Assembly: GCA_048938025.1 (NCBI GenBank)
Contig: JBHLMP010000007.1
Location: 28,615 to 92,614, forward strand
Source of the DNA: Promethearchaeota archaeon
GTDB lineage: Archaea; Asgardarchaeota; Lokiarchaeia; Sigyniarchaeales; SOKP01
Direction of reading: 5' to 3'
DNA length: 64,000 bases
Notes under the pieces: generated by a model
What the model was told of the DNA's origin: nothing
Database searches by the model: none
Seen by the model: the letters and a program-made list of their open reading frames with translations, nothing else
Part shown: positions 50,349 through 60,273 of the stretch, in pieces
Layout of the letters: each line of letters begins with the position of its first letter
Numbering within the stretch: the first letter of the stretch is position 1
Program-made: the position numbers and the translations under genes

Positions 50349-51206
50349 GTGATAAATATGAAAAATGATACTGGTTATTTCGAAGGAAGAGAAACCAAAA
50401 AATTATTCTATCAATATTGGTTACCAGATTCGGAAGAAATTAAAGCATATATCATAGCTATCCACGGATGGGGGACACATTCAGATAGAATGAAGATTCC
50501 TGCTGAATATTTCACAGAAAAAGGATATGCAGTTTATTCATTTGATTTAAGAGGACATTGGAGGAATATTGGTGATTTTCCAGGACATATTGATAGTATC
50601 GATCATATCCAAAAGGATATAGTACTTTTTATGGACCTTATCCGAGAAGTAGCAGATGAGAAAAAGATCTTTCTTATGGGACACTCATTTGGAGGGTTAG
50701 TAAGTTTAATTTATGCTATAAATCATCCTGGTTTACCAGGTGTGCTTATTTCCTCACCATTATTAGGTGTTTTTTTGAAACTATCAATTGGTAAAAAAGT
50801 TGTTAAAACTGTTTCAAAAACAATAGCAAAATTATCACCAAATAAAATTTTAAATAATAATATTGACCAAAACCAATTAACTAGCGATTTGAAAATATTA
50901 AAACAACATATTGCAGATAAAAATAAAACTGATGTAATTACAGTGAAATCAACATCAGAAATTTATAAATACTCTAAATGGGCTATGGAAAATGCATCCA
51001 ACTTAATTTGTCCTACATTAATCATGCAAGCTGGTAATGATAAAATAATTGATAAAAATAAGACTAAAGTTTTTTTTAATAAAGTAAAAAGTGAAGATAA
51101 AACGTATAAAGAGTACCCTGGCTTTTTGCATGAGTTATGGAATGAAAAAGGAAGAGCTCAAGTATATCAAGATATGTTTGTATGGCTTGAAAAGCATTTA
51201 AAATAA
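50349..51206 (+). CDS. Lysophospholipase/monoacylglycerol lipase-like alpha/beta hydrolase
   Basis: IHGWGTH, FDLRGH, GHSFGG, AGND, LHELWNE. Confidence 0.9.
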   Translation: MINMKNDTGYFEGRETKKLFYQYWLPDSEEIKAYIIAIHGWGTHSDRMKIPAEYFTEKGYAVYSFDLRGHWRNIGDFPGHIDSIDHIQKDIVLFMDLIREVADEKKIFLMGHSFGGLVSLIYAINHPGLPGVLISSPLLGVFLKLSIGKKVVKTVSKTIAKLSPNKILNNNIDQNQLTSDLKILKQHIADKNKTDVITVKSTSEIYKYSKWAMENASNLICPTLIMQAGNDKIIDKNKTKVFFNKVKSEDKTYKEYPGFLHELWNEKGRAQVYQDMFVWLEKHLK

Positions 51207-51381
51207 ACTTTAGTTATTTAAAATGAAAAAATTCAATTTCTAGTTTAATCAATCTCTAGATATTACTCCTTGGATTTAAATAGAGAATTCGAATTATTAA
51301 ATTTATAATAAATATAATTAATTTCTATTAAAAACTAATACCCTTGTAGTATTTAATTCTAAATTAAGACGTAATATTATA

Positions 51382-54270
51382 ATGTCTCAAAAAAAACCTT
51401 TTGAAGAGATCAAATTTAAGGATCTTACTCCAATGATGAAACATTGGTATTCTGTTAAAAAGAAATATCCTAAATACTTGCTCGCCTATCGAATGGGTGA
51501 TTTTTTTGAGTTCTTCTATGATGATGCTGAGAAAGTCTCAAAACTCTTAGGTATAACACTTACTAAACGAAAAATAGGAAATGATGCCTATCCTTTAGCT
51601 GGAATTCCACATCATTCAGGTCATAATTATTTTAATAATCTCATGAGCCTTGGTGAAACTTTGGTAATAGTCGATCAATTAGAAGACCCTGCAACTGTGA
51701 AAGGAAGAATTGTTAAACGAGGTGTAACTCGAATATTATCTCCAGGTACAATTATTGAACCAAATATGTTGAAATATAATGAAAATAACTATATTGCTTC
51801 GATGGTTAAGGAGAGAAAAGGTTTTGGCGTCGCGTTTGCCGATATATCTACTGCTGAGTTTATAGCAACTGAATTTTCAATAAAAGATCAAGATCCTCAA
51901 GAAAAAATGCTTAGCCTATTTTCTCAGTATGATCCTGTAGAATTAATAATACCTCCTGAAATTAAAAAAGATGAGAGGTTATTTATTTTATTAACTGATC
52001 TAACAGAAGCCATAATTAAATCATATGAGGAACATGTATTTTACTATGATGAAGCATACACTTTACTTACTCGACATTTTAATATTTCTAATTTAAAAAG
52101 CTTCGGATTAGAGAATAATCAAATGGCTATTCAAGCAGCTGGTGGTTTACTGGCCTTTTTAAAAGATACCCAAAGAGATATAATTCCTAATATCTTCAAA
52201 ATCAACATCATTCAGGAAAAAGATATTCTACACTTAGACTATATTACACAAAGAAATTTAGAGTTAATTAATTCTTTATGGGAAAAAGCAAAGGATGCTA
52301 CATTATATTCTATTTTTAATCTTACCCATACACCTATGGGAGCACGTTTGTTAAAAAAATTTATTCTACAACCATTAACTAACATTGAAGAAGTAAATCA
52401 AAGACTAAATATTGTTCAAAAATTCAAAGATGATGTCTTTTTAAGATCTGATTTAAGGGAAGAATTAAAGGTTGTAGGTGATCTTGAGAGATTTATTAAC
52501 AGGATTAATTATATTGGCCGTACAAATGCCAGAGATTTAATAAATATCAAAAACTCTTTAGAAAAAATCCCTAGGATTAAACAACTATTAGAAAAAGCAG
52601 GTATTCCTGAAATTTCAAAGTTTGTCGAAAAAATTAATACGTTTGATAAAATTAAACTCCTAATTGAAGTAGCAATTAAAGATAATCCACCAACAACAGT
52701 TAGAGAAGGCAATATTATTAAGGATAATTACAATGATGAAGTTGATGAGCTTAGAGATATGATACATAATGGAAAGGAATATGTGTTGCAATATGAACAA
52801 GAACAGAAAAAGAGGTGGAATTTAACTACAGGATTAAAAGTTGGGCATAACAATATCCTTGGATATTATATCGAAATTACCTTACGAACTCTTAAATTCA
52901 TCAAAAATGTACCAGAGGAGTATGTAGAAAGAGCAACTCTTAAAAATGCTAAAAGATATACAACTAAAAAATTAAAAGAACTCGAAGAAAAAATTGTTAA
53001 TGCTGAAGAAAAAATCAATGATTTAGAATACGAAATTTTTAATACTATTCGTGAAAGTGTCGAAAAAGAGACTAAAAATATCCTTGAAACCGCAAAAAAT
53101 ATTGCTATAGTTGATGTTCTCGTATGTTTTGCTGAAGTTGCAGAACAATACAATTATTGCAGACCAATTATTAATAATGACAACAAAATCATAATTAAAG
53201 AAGGTAGGCATCCTGTAGTTGAACAGATAAATTTGGATGAGCAATTTATTCCAAATGATTGTTATTTAGATAATGAAAATGACCAATTATTAATTATAAC
53301 TGGTCCTAATATGGCAGGAAAAAGCACTTATCTAAGGCAAGTAGCTTTGATATGCATTATTGCACAAATGGGATGTTTTGTTCCAGCAAAATCCGCCACT
53401 CTTGGAATAATTGATCAAATTTTCACACGAATCGGTGCCTCAGATGACCTTGCTAGAAAATTAAGTACTTTTATGATAGAAATGACAGAAACGGCAAAAA
53501 TTCTTAATTATGCTACACCAAATAGTCTTGTTATAATAGATGAGTTAGGCAGAGGTACCAGTACCAGTGATGGTCAAAGTATAGCAATGGCAACTTTAGA
53601 AAAACTTCATGAAGTACAGGTTAAAACTCTTTTTAGTACTCATTATCATCAATTAACAGAAATTAGTTTACCACGAGTGAAAAATTATCACTTAGACATT
53701 ATCGAAAATGATGATGGAAGTATTAACTTTGTGAGGAAATTAAGACCTGGAAGCACAGATAAATCATATGGAATACATGTTGCTAAGTTAGCAGGAATTC
53801 CTGATGAAGTGATTATAAGAGCATTTGAGATTTTAGAACAAATAGAAGAAAAGGATTCTTTTAAAAAAACGGTTAAAGAAAATGGGAATGATTTATCTAT
53901 TAAACACCATGATAAAATAATCAGCGAAAAAAGAAATGTGTTAGAAAAATTAAACAGGCAATTAGAGAATAAGAAGGATGAATTAACTAAATGTGAAGCA
54001 TTGTTAAGTGAAAAAGAAAAAGTAATCAATAACAAGAATTTTGAAATAGAAAAACTGAATAAAAACCTAGAGAAATACACCGATAAAAAACAAAGAACTA
54101 AGAAAAAATTTGTTCAGACTACTTTCTTTAAACCAACAGTGTTAAAAGAAGAAGTAATAGATGAAAATTTAAAAGAGGTAATGGATTTATTAAAAGAACT
54201 TGATATAAATTCTCTTTCTCCTATTGAAGCGCTCAAGAAATTAAGTGATCTTAAGGATATGTTACTATAA
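51382..54270 (+). CDS. mutS: DNA mismatch repair protein MutS (MutS1)
   Basis: TPMM, RMGDFFEFF, GRHPVVE, TGPNMAGKSTYLRQ, STFMIEM, DELGRGT, SYGIHVA. Confidence 0.96.
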   Translation: MSQKKPFEEIKFKDLTPMMKHWYSVKKKYPKYLLAYRMGDFFEFFYDDAEKVSKLLGITLTKRKIGNDAYPLAGIPHHSGHNYFNNLMSLGETLVIVDQLEDPATVKGRIVKRGVTRILSPGTIIEPNMLKYNENNYIASMVKERKGFGVAFADISTAEFIATEFSIKDQDPQEKMLSLFSQYDPVELIIPPEIKKDERLFILLTDLTEAIIKSYEEHVFYYDEAYTLLTRHFNISNLKSFGLENNQMAIQAAGGLLAFLKDTQRDIIPNIFKINIIQEKDILHLDYITQRNLELINSLWEKAKDATLYSIFNLTHTPMGARLLKKFILQPLTNIEEVNQRLNIVQKFKDDVFLRSDLREELKVVGDLERFINRINYIGRTNARDLINIKNSLEKIPRIKQLLEKAGIPEISKFVEKINTFDKIKLLIEVAIKDNPPTTVREGNIIKDNYNDEVDELRDMIHNGKEYVLQYEQEQKKRWNLTTGLKVGHNNILGYYIEITLRTLKFIKNVPEEYVERATLKNAKRYTTKKLKELEEKIVNAEEKINDLEYEIFNTIRESVEKETKNILETAKNIAIVDVLVCFAEVAEQYNYCRPIINNDNKIIIKEGRHPVVEQINLDEQFIPNDCYLDNENDQLLIITGPNMAGKSTYLRQVALICIIAQMGCFVPAKSATLGIIDQIFTRIGASDDLARKLSTFMIEMTETAKILNYATPNSLVIIDELGRGTSTSDGQSIAMATLEKLHEVQVKTLFSTHYHQLTEISLPRVKNYHLDIIENDDGSINFVRKLRPGSTDKSYGIHVAKLAGIPDEVIIRAFEILEQIEEKDSFKKTVKENGNDLSIKHHDKIISEKRNVLEKLNRQLENKKDELTKCEALLSEKEKVINNKNFEIEKLNKNLEKYTDKKQRTKKKFVQTTFFKPTVLKEEVIDENLKEVMDLLKELDINSLSPIEALKKLSDLKDMLL

Positions 54271-54276
54271 TTTAAA

Positions 54277-55182
54277 TTAATCTAAGACAACAGGTATAAT
54301 AAAAACTATAATTGTGAGATAAACATAATAAACAGTTATAATTGATACAAGTATGGTTCTATAAATCTTTTTCCTCTTTTCATCTTTAATATTTTCAATA
54401 AATATTATTAATAACAATCCTATGAACATCAAATGGGATGGTTGTAAAGCCTTCCATAAAATTGAATCGATTAATAATAAACCTTTAATTTCAGCATCAC
54501 TGTGACCCCAATTCTTTACCATTTGAAAAAAGTAATCTGGGAAAATCATATAAGGAATACAAATAAGAGCGAAAGGAATTAAAAAATATATAAGATCCTT
54601 AAATCTTAGCTTTTTAACTATAAGCAATACAGGAAGAAATAATATAGCAGTTATCTTAAATGTCGCAAGTGTGAATAAAATTCCTGCATTCCATTTTTTA
54701 TCTTTTTCTAGGAAATAGTATGACATAAACAAGAAAAAAGCTATCAAAAAGTTTACATTATTATAATAAGCATCTATACTATACCCAATTGTGCCTAGTA
54801 TGTAAAAAATTAGTAAATTCTTTTTTTCCTTGAATAATTTCGGGGATTCTTTTATTATTACTATTGATAATATAAGCCTTAAAATATCCCATACGTACAC
54901 CCCAACAATTAAAGGAAACAAATAAATGGGGAAAAATAGGAAATACCAAAAATAAAGATAATAAGGAGGCCAATCAGAAATTTCAATTGGATCATAAAAA
55001 TTAATCAATCCATTATCCATTCCTTCTAAAAGAATTTTGAAATCAATATCCTTTGTCTCTTTAATCCAAGCAGAAATATCAATAAAGTATAACAGAATTC
55101 TTAAAATGATTAGCGAACTTGTAATAATTATTAGGATATAAACAAAATATGTATGTAATGGATAGTTTTTCTGGTTATTCAT
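54277..55182 (-). CDS. GT87/DUF2029-like membrane glycosyltransferase
   Basis: Multi-TM; DIDF, PPYYLYFW..LF.P, NVN, LATFK. Confidence 0.65.
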   Translation of the reverse strand: MNNQKNYPLHTYFVYILIIITSSLIILRILLYFIDISAWIKETKDIDFKILLEGMDNGLINFYDPIEISDWPPYYLYFWYFLFFPIYLFPLIVGVYVWDILRLILSIVIIKESPKLFKEKKNLLIFYILGTIGYSIDAYYNNVNFLIAFFLFMSYYFLEKDKKWNAGILFTLATFKITAILFLPVLLIVKKLRFKDLIYFLIPFALICIPYMIFPDYFFQMVKNWGHSDAEIKGLLLIDSILWKALQPSHLMFIGLLLIIFIENIKDEKRKKIYRTILVSIITVYYVYLTIIVFIIPVVLD

Positions 55183-55500
55183 TATAGTTTATGGTTCATA
55201 ATTCACATTATAAAATAGATTAATATTAAGTATTAAAGGAACTTTAAAAGAGTTACTTAGGTAAAATTAAATAAAAGTTAAATGAAAAGGCTTTTTTTAA
55301 AAATCTACTAAAATAAATTTTAATATAAGATTAATAATAATTTTTAAAATTTTAGCATTTATTTTTAATTTTTAATTGAAAATCTAATTATTAGAACTAT
55401 ACTTTTAAAATTACATTTTTCTATGACGGAGCTGTAATTTTTAAATTCAAGTTGATGAAAAATATATATATTTTATAAAACTATGAAGTTTTGAAAAGAA

Positions 55501-57390
55501 TTGAAAACAGACAACGAAAAAATTAATAAAATAAAGGATTATGAAAAAATAGCTGCTGGAGAGGTTATTGAAAGACCTGCGAATGTTGTGAAAGAGTTAA
55601 TAGAAAACAGTATAGATGCTGGAGCTAAAGAAATAAGAATTATTATTAAAAAAGCAGGAAAAACATTAATCCAAGTGATAGATGATGGTAAAGGTATTCC
55701 TCCCGATGAAATAGAACTCGCCTTTGAAAGATATACCAGTAGTAAAGTTCATAGTTTTGATGATTTGGAGAAGCTTTCAACTTTAGGATTTAGAGGAGAA
55801 GCATTGGCTAGTATATCAGTAGTAAGTCAGATTGAAATTATTTCAAGATTTAAAAAGAATGAGAGAGGTTTACAATTATTTATAGAAGGTGGGAAAGTTT
55901 TAAGAAAGAAAGAAATATCATGTCCCATTGGAACAAATATTAAAGTTAAAAATTTATTCTATAATATTCCAGCTAGGAAAAAATTCCTTAAAAAAGATTA
56001 CACAGAGTTAGGACATATCACAGATATCATCCAAAGATATTCATTAGCGTATCCTGATTTGCAATTCATTTATCAACATAATGAGTTAACCATTTTAAAT
56101 TGCCCTGCATCTAATGATTTAAAAACGACTGTTTTCCATATTTATGGGAAAAATATTGCTAAATTTATGGAATATATTGATTATTCTGAAAAAGGAGAAC
56201 TATTTAAAATATATGGATTAGTAGGTCAAGCTCAGATTTCTAAAAAAGATAGAACAGCATCTAGTTTTTTTCTTAATCGTAGATATGTTATTAGTGATAT
56301 TATATTTCGAGCAATTAAAGAAGCATATAAAGGAACTTTGATGATCAATAAGCATCCATTTTTCATATTATTCTTAGAATTAAATCCATCATCCATAGAT
56401 TTTAATATTCATCCAAAAAAGCTTTATATTAAGTTTGAAAGAGAAGATTATGTGTATAATAGGGTATATACCATTATCCGAGATTTTGTAGAAGAAAAGT
56501 TTATGAAACAGGAGCCGAAGTATTTAGATATTGAACTTGAAGATTTCATTCCAAAAGAAGAATTAGTCGAGGAATCAAGTTTCAAAACTCAACAATCAGA
56601 AACAGGAAATCTTGAAACTGAAAAAGCTATATTAAAAGCTGATGGAATAGTAGAGACTGAAGAAAATGTTATTGATGAGTCTGTACAATTACATCTTTCT
56701 GAAGATATCATCAATCATAAACCCTTTAAAAAACAAATACCAGAAACTTTTTTACGAGAAAAATTTATAAAAAAGGAAGATTTTCCTAAACTTCGCCTAA
56801 TCTCTTCAACTGGCCAATTAAGTAATAAGATATATATTGTATTAGAAGGTTTTAATGAAACTAATGAACCTGGTTTATATATTCTAGATCAGCATGCTGC
56901 TTCTGAAAGAATAAATAAAGAAAAGCTACTAGAATCATATGAATCTTCAAAAACTAGCAAACAAAAACTTATTTCTCCATTAAAAATTGACATTTCTCAT
57001 AGTGAAAAATTTTTTTTGAGTGACCATTTAGGTGAAATTAAAAAACTTGGATTTGATTTTGAGCATTTTGGTGGAAATACTTTCATTTTGCGAAAAATAC
57101 CTACAATTATGGGAAAAGTTCCAGATATAAATGTAATAAAAGATATAATTGCAGATATAACAAAAATAGGTAAAGATAAAAGTTTTTCAGAGGTAAAAGA
57201 AGAGATCATTAATTATTTGGCTTGTCATAAAAGTATTCGAGGCGGAGATGATCTTTCTTTAGAAGATATTAGGGATCTCATAATTGAATTAGCTGATTGT
57301 AAGGATTCCTACCATTGTGCACATGGAAGACCTACATTGAGATTTCTCTCATTTAAAGAATTAGATAAGCTGTTTAAAAGAATTGTTTAA
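55501..57390 (+). CDS. mutL: DNA mismatch repair endonuclease MutL
   Basis: IAAGEVIERP, KELIENSIDAG, DDGKG, TLGFRGEAL, DQHAASERINKE, ACH, CAHGRP. Confidence 0.96.
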   Translation: MKTDNEKINKIKDYEKIAAGEVIERPANVVKELIENSIDAGAKEIRIIIKKAGKTLIQVIDDGKGIPPDEIELAFERYTSSKVHSFDDLEKLSTLGFRGEALASISVVSQIEIISRFKKNERGLQLFIEGGKVLRKKEISCPIGTNIKVKNLFYNIPARKKFLKKDYTELGHITDIIQRYSLAYPDLQFIYQHNELTILNCPASNDLKTTVFHIYGKNIAKFMEYIDYSEKGELFKIYGLVGQAQISKKDRTASSFFLNRRYVISDIIFRAIKEAYKGTLMINKHPFFILFLELNPSSIDFNIHPKKLYIKFEREDYVYNRVYTIIRDFVEEKFMKQEPKYLDIELEDFIPKEELVEESSFKTQQSETGNLETEKAILKADGIVETEENVIDESVQLHLSEDIINHKPFKKQIPETFLREKFIKKEDFPKLRLISSTGQLSNKIYIVLEGFNETNEPGLYILDQHAASERINKEKLLESYESSKTSKQKLISPLKIDISHSEKFFLSDHLGEIKKLGFDFEHFGGNTFILRKIPTIMGKVPDINVIKDIIADITKIGKDKSFSEVKEEIINYLACHKSIRGGDDLSLEDIRDLIIELADCKDSYHCAHGRPTLRFLSFKELDKLFKRIV

Positions 57391-57420
57391 TACATAAAAA
57401 CAAGAAATTCTATTATTTAT

Positions 57421-57696
57421 TTATGCTTTAGAAAAAGCAATTCCCTCGATTCCTTGTAAACCCTCAACTTGTCCAAATAATTCTTCAATTCTATCTGTAC
57501 CGCCCCATTCTTCCGGATATCTGACTCGAACTCTTGCTTTTTTCAGACCAAAAGCAACAGGCATAACTTCATACATCTCAATCAAGCATGTGTCAGGTAA
57601 AACCTTTTTTAATTTACTGACTAACTTTTCAAAATCTACATCTGTATCTTCTGGAATAACATCTATTAAAGCAATAAACTCTCTCATATTTATCAT
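57421..57696 (-). CDS. ef1b: Translation elongation factor aEF-1beta
   Basis: V.PED.DVD, PVAFGLK, GGTD.IE; downstream of a Zn-ribbon gene, as is typical in archaea. Confidence 0.9.
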   Translation of the reverse strand: MINMREFIALIDVIPEDTDVDFEKLVSKLKKVLPDTCLIEMYEVMPVAFGLKKARVRVRYPEEWGGTDRIEELFGQVEGLQGIEGIAFSKA

Positions 57697-57717
57697 TTAA
57701 TTTTTTTCTTAGAACTT

Positions 57718-57894
57718 TTAAGGGCCCTCAAATTCACATTTTAAACATCTATAGGTTTTTCCCATTTCTCTACAGCGTTCACATCTCCAAATTGTTACAT
57801 CTCCACACGCTGGACATGGAAAATGTACTGCTGCCTCGAATGGGGCAATTGGTCGCCCACACCCAGAACAAGTATTTTTCCTTAAACTTGACAT
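57718..57894 (-). CDS. Zn-ribbon protein (DUF1610/HVO_2753-like)
   Basis: Absent from the ORF track (58 aa). Hand translation MSSLRKNTCSGCGRPIAPFEAAVHFPCPACGDVTIWRCERCREMGKTYRCLKCEFEGP*, four CxxC motifs and a terminal FEGP. Confidence 0.92.
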   Translation of the reverse strand: MSSLRKNTCSGCGRPIAPFEAAVHFPCPACGDVTIWRCERCREMGKTYRCLKCEFEGP

Positions 57895-58162
57895 CGTAAT
57901 TTACTATAAACCTTGTAAAATATAATGGTTAAGAAAATAACTTATAACTTTAATTGTTTTCGGTTTTAAAACCTAGCTTTAAACTAGTTAAATTATAAAG
58001 TTTTCCATAAATCTCTATATTATTTTAAGTAAATCATTTTAATCTTGCAAAGTTAATTAAAATTTAAATTAAAAAACAACATAATTTACATATAAGTTAT
58101 CTAATTATTTTTAAAATAATCTATAAATAAATTGGCTTAAGTATAGTAAAAGGTGAAAAACG

Positions 58163-58690
58163 ATACCAGAAAATAAGGTAAGGAAGTATTTCTCATTAAT
58201 AGAGGCGTGGGCGTGGTGTGATATATGTGAGGATATGGTTGCTTTAAAGCTTGATAAGAAAGAAATTATTAATGGACTTCAAATGGGGATATATACAAAA
58301 GAATTTAAACATGCTAACCAATATCCTGATACTGAAGATCCAGATGATTTATCTGGAGAAGAGCATACGATTTATGTCTACATTAATGATAATTATGATA
58401 TAACGGGAGTAAAGAGTTTCTTTGGAGAATCTCCAACCACAGAGGAAATCGGAGCGACAGTGCAAGCAGGAGGTGAAGTGAGGATCCCTATTGTCGTTAA
58501 AGATATTCCTCCAATGAGTGTACAGTTAGGGATGATTACTAAAGAGGAGTTTAAAGTTTTAAAAATTTGTGATGGAATGAATACAATTGAAACTGTCGCG
58601 GAGATTGCTCAGAAAAGTGTAGAAAAAATAGAAAAAATGATGGAAAAGCTCAGAAGTAAAGGATTGGTAAAGGTTATAAAAAGAACATAA
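58163..58690 (+). CDS. Hypothetical protein with N-terminal CxxC and C-terminal winged-helix-like domain
   Basis: ORF track starts at ATG 58235; the frame is open back to ATA 58163 (PENKVRKYFSLIEAWAWCDICED); C-terminal VLKICDG..TIETVAE...KLRSKGLVKV. Confidence 0.75.
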   Translation: MPENKVRKYFSLIEAWAWCDICEDMVALKLDKKEIINGLQMGIYTKEFKHANQYPDTEDPDDLSGEEHTIYVYINDNYDITGVKSFFGESPTTEEIGATVQAGGEVRIPIVVKDIPPMSVQLGMITKEEFKVLKICDGMNTIETVAEIAQKSVEKIEKMMEKLRSKGLVKVIKRT

Positions 58691-58743
58691 AGAAATTTAT
58701 TCTTAATTTTGCTATTTTTAGAGAGAAGTTTATCCTCTTAATT

Positions 58744-59511
58744 TTATAATTTTTCTCCATATAAGACTAAGTGTCTCGATAAGCCTTTAATTGACGGTTC
58801 TTTACTCAATTTTAAAACCATCTTTAATGTTTGGTTAAAGAATTTTTCATCCCATGAGTGAGATTCTAAAACTTTTTTTGGAATATGGAGCACATCTGTC
58901 CAACCACAAACTCCGTATATATCGATGACATTGACTCCCTGTACCTCAAACCAATTTTTTGCTTCTTCAGGGCTTAAAACTATATATATTCCCTCTTGAT
59001 CTTCTAAACAACTTGGTATAGACTCGATTGAAGATAACATTTTATCTGGTTTTTTATAGAAACTATTTATAACTGCAGCCCATTTATTTACAAGGAATAT
59101 TGAAATTATAGCCCCCTTTTTAGTCACTCGCATTAGTTCTTTTGTTGCTAGCCCTTCTGTATCATCAATATTGCCATTCCAATAAATTACAAAATCAAAC
59201 ATTTCGTCTTTAAAATGGAGATTACGAGTATCACATTTACAAATTTTTACTTTATCTATTACTCCTTCTCTTTGCATTTTTAGTTGTGCTAATTCCAACA
59301 TTTTAGGAGAAATATCGCATAAAGTCACTGAATAACCCCTTTTGACTAATGGTAAGGTTATTCTCCCCGTTCCTCCCGCAGCATCTAAAATTTGAATTTT
59401 TTTATTTTCTGGCAAAAAGTTCTTTAATAATTCCCAATCAACATAATGTTCAATAGCACCTTGAAAAGTCTTATAATATTCATCGTATCTAAAAGCTCGA
59501 TTGTTCCACAT
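58744..59511 (-). CDS. Class I SAM-dependent methyltransferase
   Basis: ILDAAGGTG, CDISPKML, FDFV. Confidence 0.88.
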   Translation of the reverse strand: MWNNRAFRYDEYYKTFQGAIEHYVDWELLKNFLPENKKIQILDAAGGTGRITLPLVKRGYSVTLCDISPKMLELAQLKMQREGVIDKVKICKCDTRNLHFKDEMFDFVIYWNGNIDDTEGLATKELMRVTKKGAIISIFLVNKWAAVINSFYKKPDKMLSSIESIPSCLEDQEGIYIVLSPEEAKNWFEVQGVNVIDIYGVCGWTDVLHIPKKVLESHSWDEKFFNQTLKMVLKLSKEPSIKGLSRHLVLYGEKL

Positions 59512-59594
59512 TAAATAAAATCATTCATCCTCTTTTAATTTAAAATTTTTAATCTAATGATAAAGATGAATATTAAAAATTAAGTATTTACCGA

Positions 59595-60273
59595 TCAATT
59601 TTTAATAATTTTTTCACCTTCTTCTAGTCCAAGATGTAATGCTTTGATGTTTATATCGGGATCCCTAAGCCACTCTTTTATAACTTCCTCATAATGCTCG
59701 ATTTCAATGAACGGAAGTTTTCCTGTTGGAATAGCGAAACCAAGCATTATTATATTTACTTGTTGATTTGAATTGAAATGTTTTAGGGCTAATTCTGTGC
59801 CATTCATTAGATATATTTTATTTGAATATCCTCTTAGAATCTCTTCAATTTTTTCAACTGAAGGATACTGTTCCAAATCTGCAGTTATCATTATACTGGG
59901 GATGGTCCAACTATTTAAAACAAAAGAAGTTTTATGAGACGCGAAGATACCACGGCGTAATGCTTCAACGGGTTCTAAGCAAATATATAAGTCTGCATCA
60001 CCATAGCAAATTAAGGGAGATTGAAGATTTTCCCTTCCATCTTTGAATATCTTCTTCTGATATCGAGTATGACTTATAATAGCTCCTTCACGCTGAGCAA
60101 GTCCATGCATTATATGCTTATACTTGAAATAAGTTATAAGATTCACTTCCAAAGACTCGCTCAACGCCCGCTTTCTGAGCAGCAAATTCAATTAATCTTT
60201 TTAGAGTAATAACTCCTTGCCCAGCTGTTCCTGCAATAACAATATTTATTATATCACTTTCTTTAAAGTTCAC
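59595..60273 (-). CDS. iorB: Indolepyruvate:ferredoxin oxidoreductase beta subunit, split by a 31-nt insert (exon 1 60273-60142, exon 2 60110-59595)
   Basis: Exon 1 from GTG 60273 (behind GGAGGTG): MNFKESDIINIVIAGTAGQGVITL...RVFGSE. Exon 2: MHGLAQREGAIISH...SPLI..GDAD...LEPVEALR...NIIMLG. Joined product is 215 aa with an intact SExHGxAQR motif. Confidence 0.9.
60111..60141 (-). other. Candidate archaeal bulge-helix-bulge (tRNA-type) intron in iorB mRNA
   Basis: Insert UCUUAUAACUUAUUUCAAGUAUAAGCAUAUA has an in-frame UAA and a 9-bp hairpin; its ends lie after nt 2 of two 3-nt bulges (AA^U, UA^A) flanking helix AGUG/CAUA. Confidence 0.72.

Noticed and set aside
60111-60141. iorB break as a simple sequencing frameshift or tandem duplication
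   Set aside because: A 1-nt indel would leave about 10 extra residues inside the SExHG motif, and the 31 nt do not duplicate flanking sequence
60111-60191. ORF-track N-terminus of iorB (MNLLLRKRALSESLEVNLITYFKYKHI)
   Set aside because: It is an off-frame reading of exon 1 plus the insert; the real IorB N-terminus (GTAGQGV) lies in another frame starting at 60273
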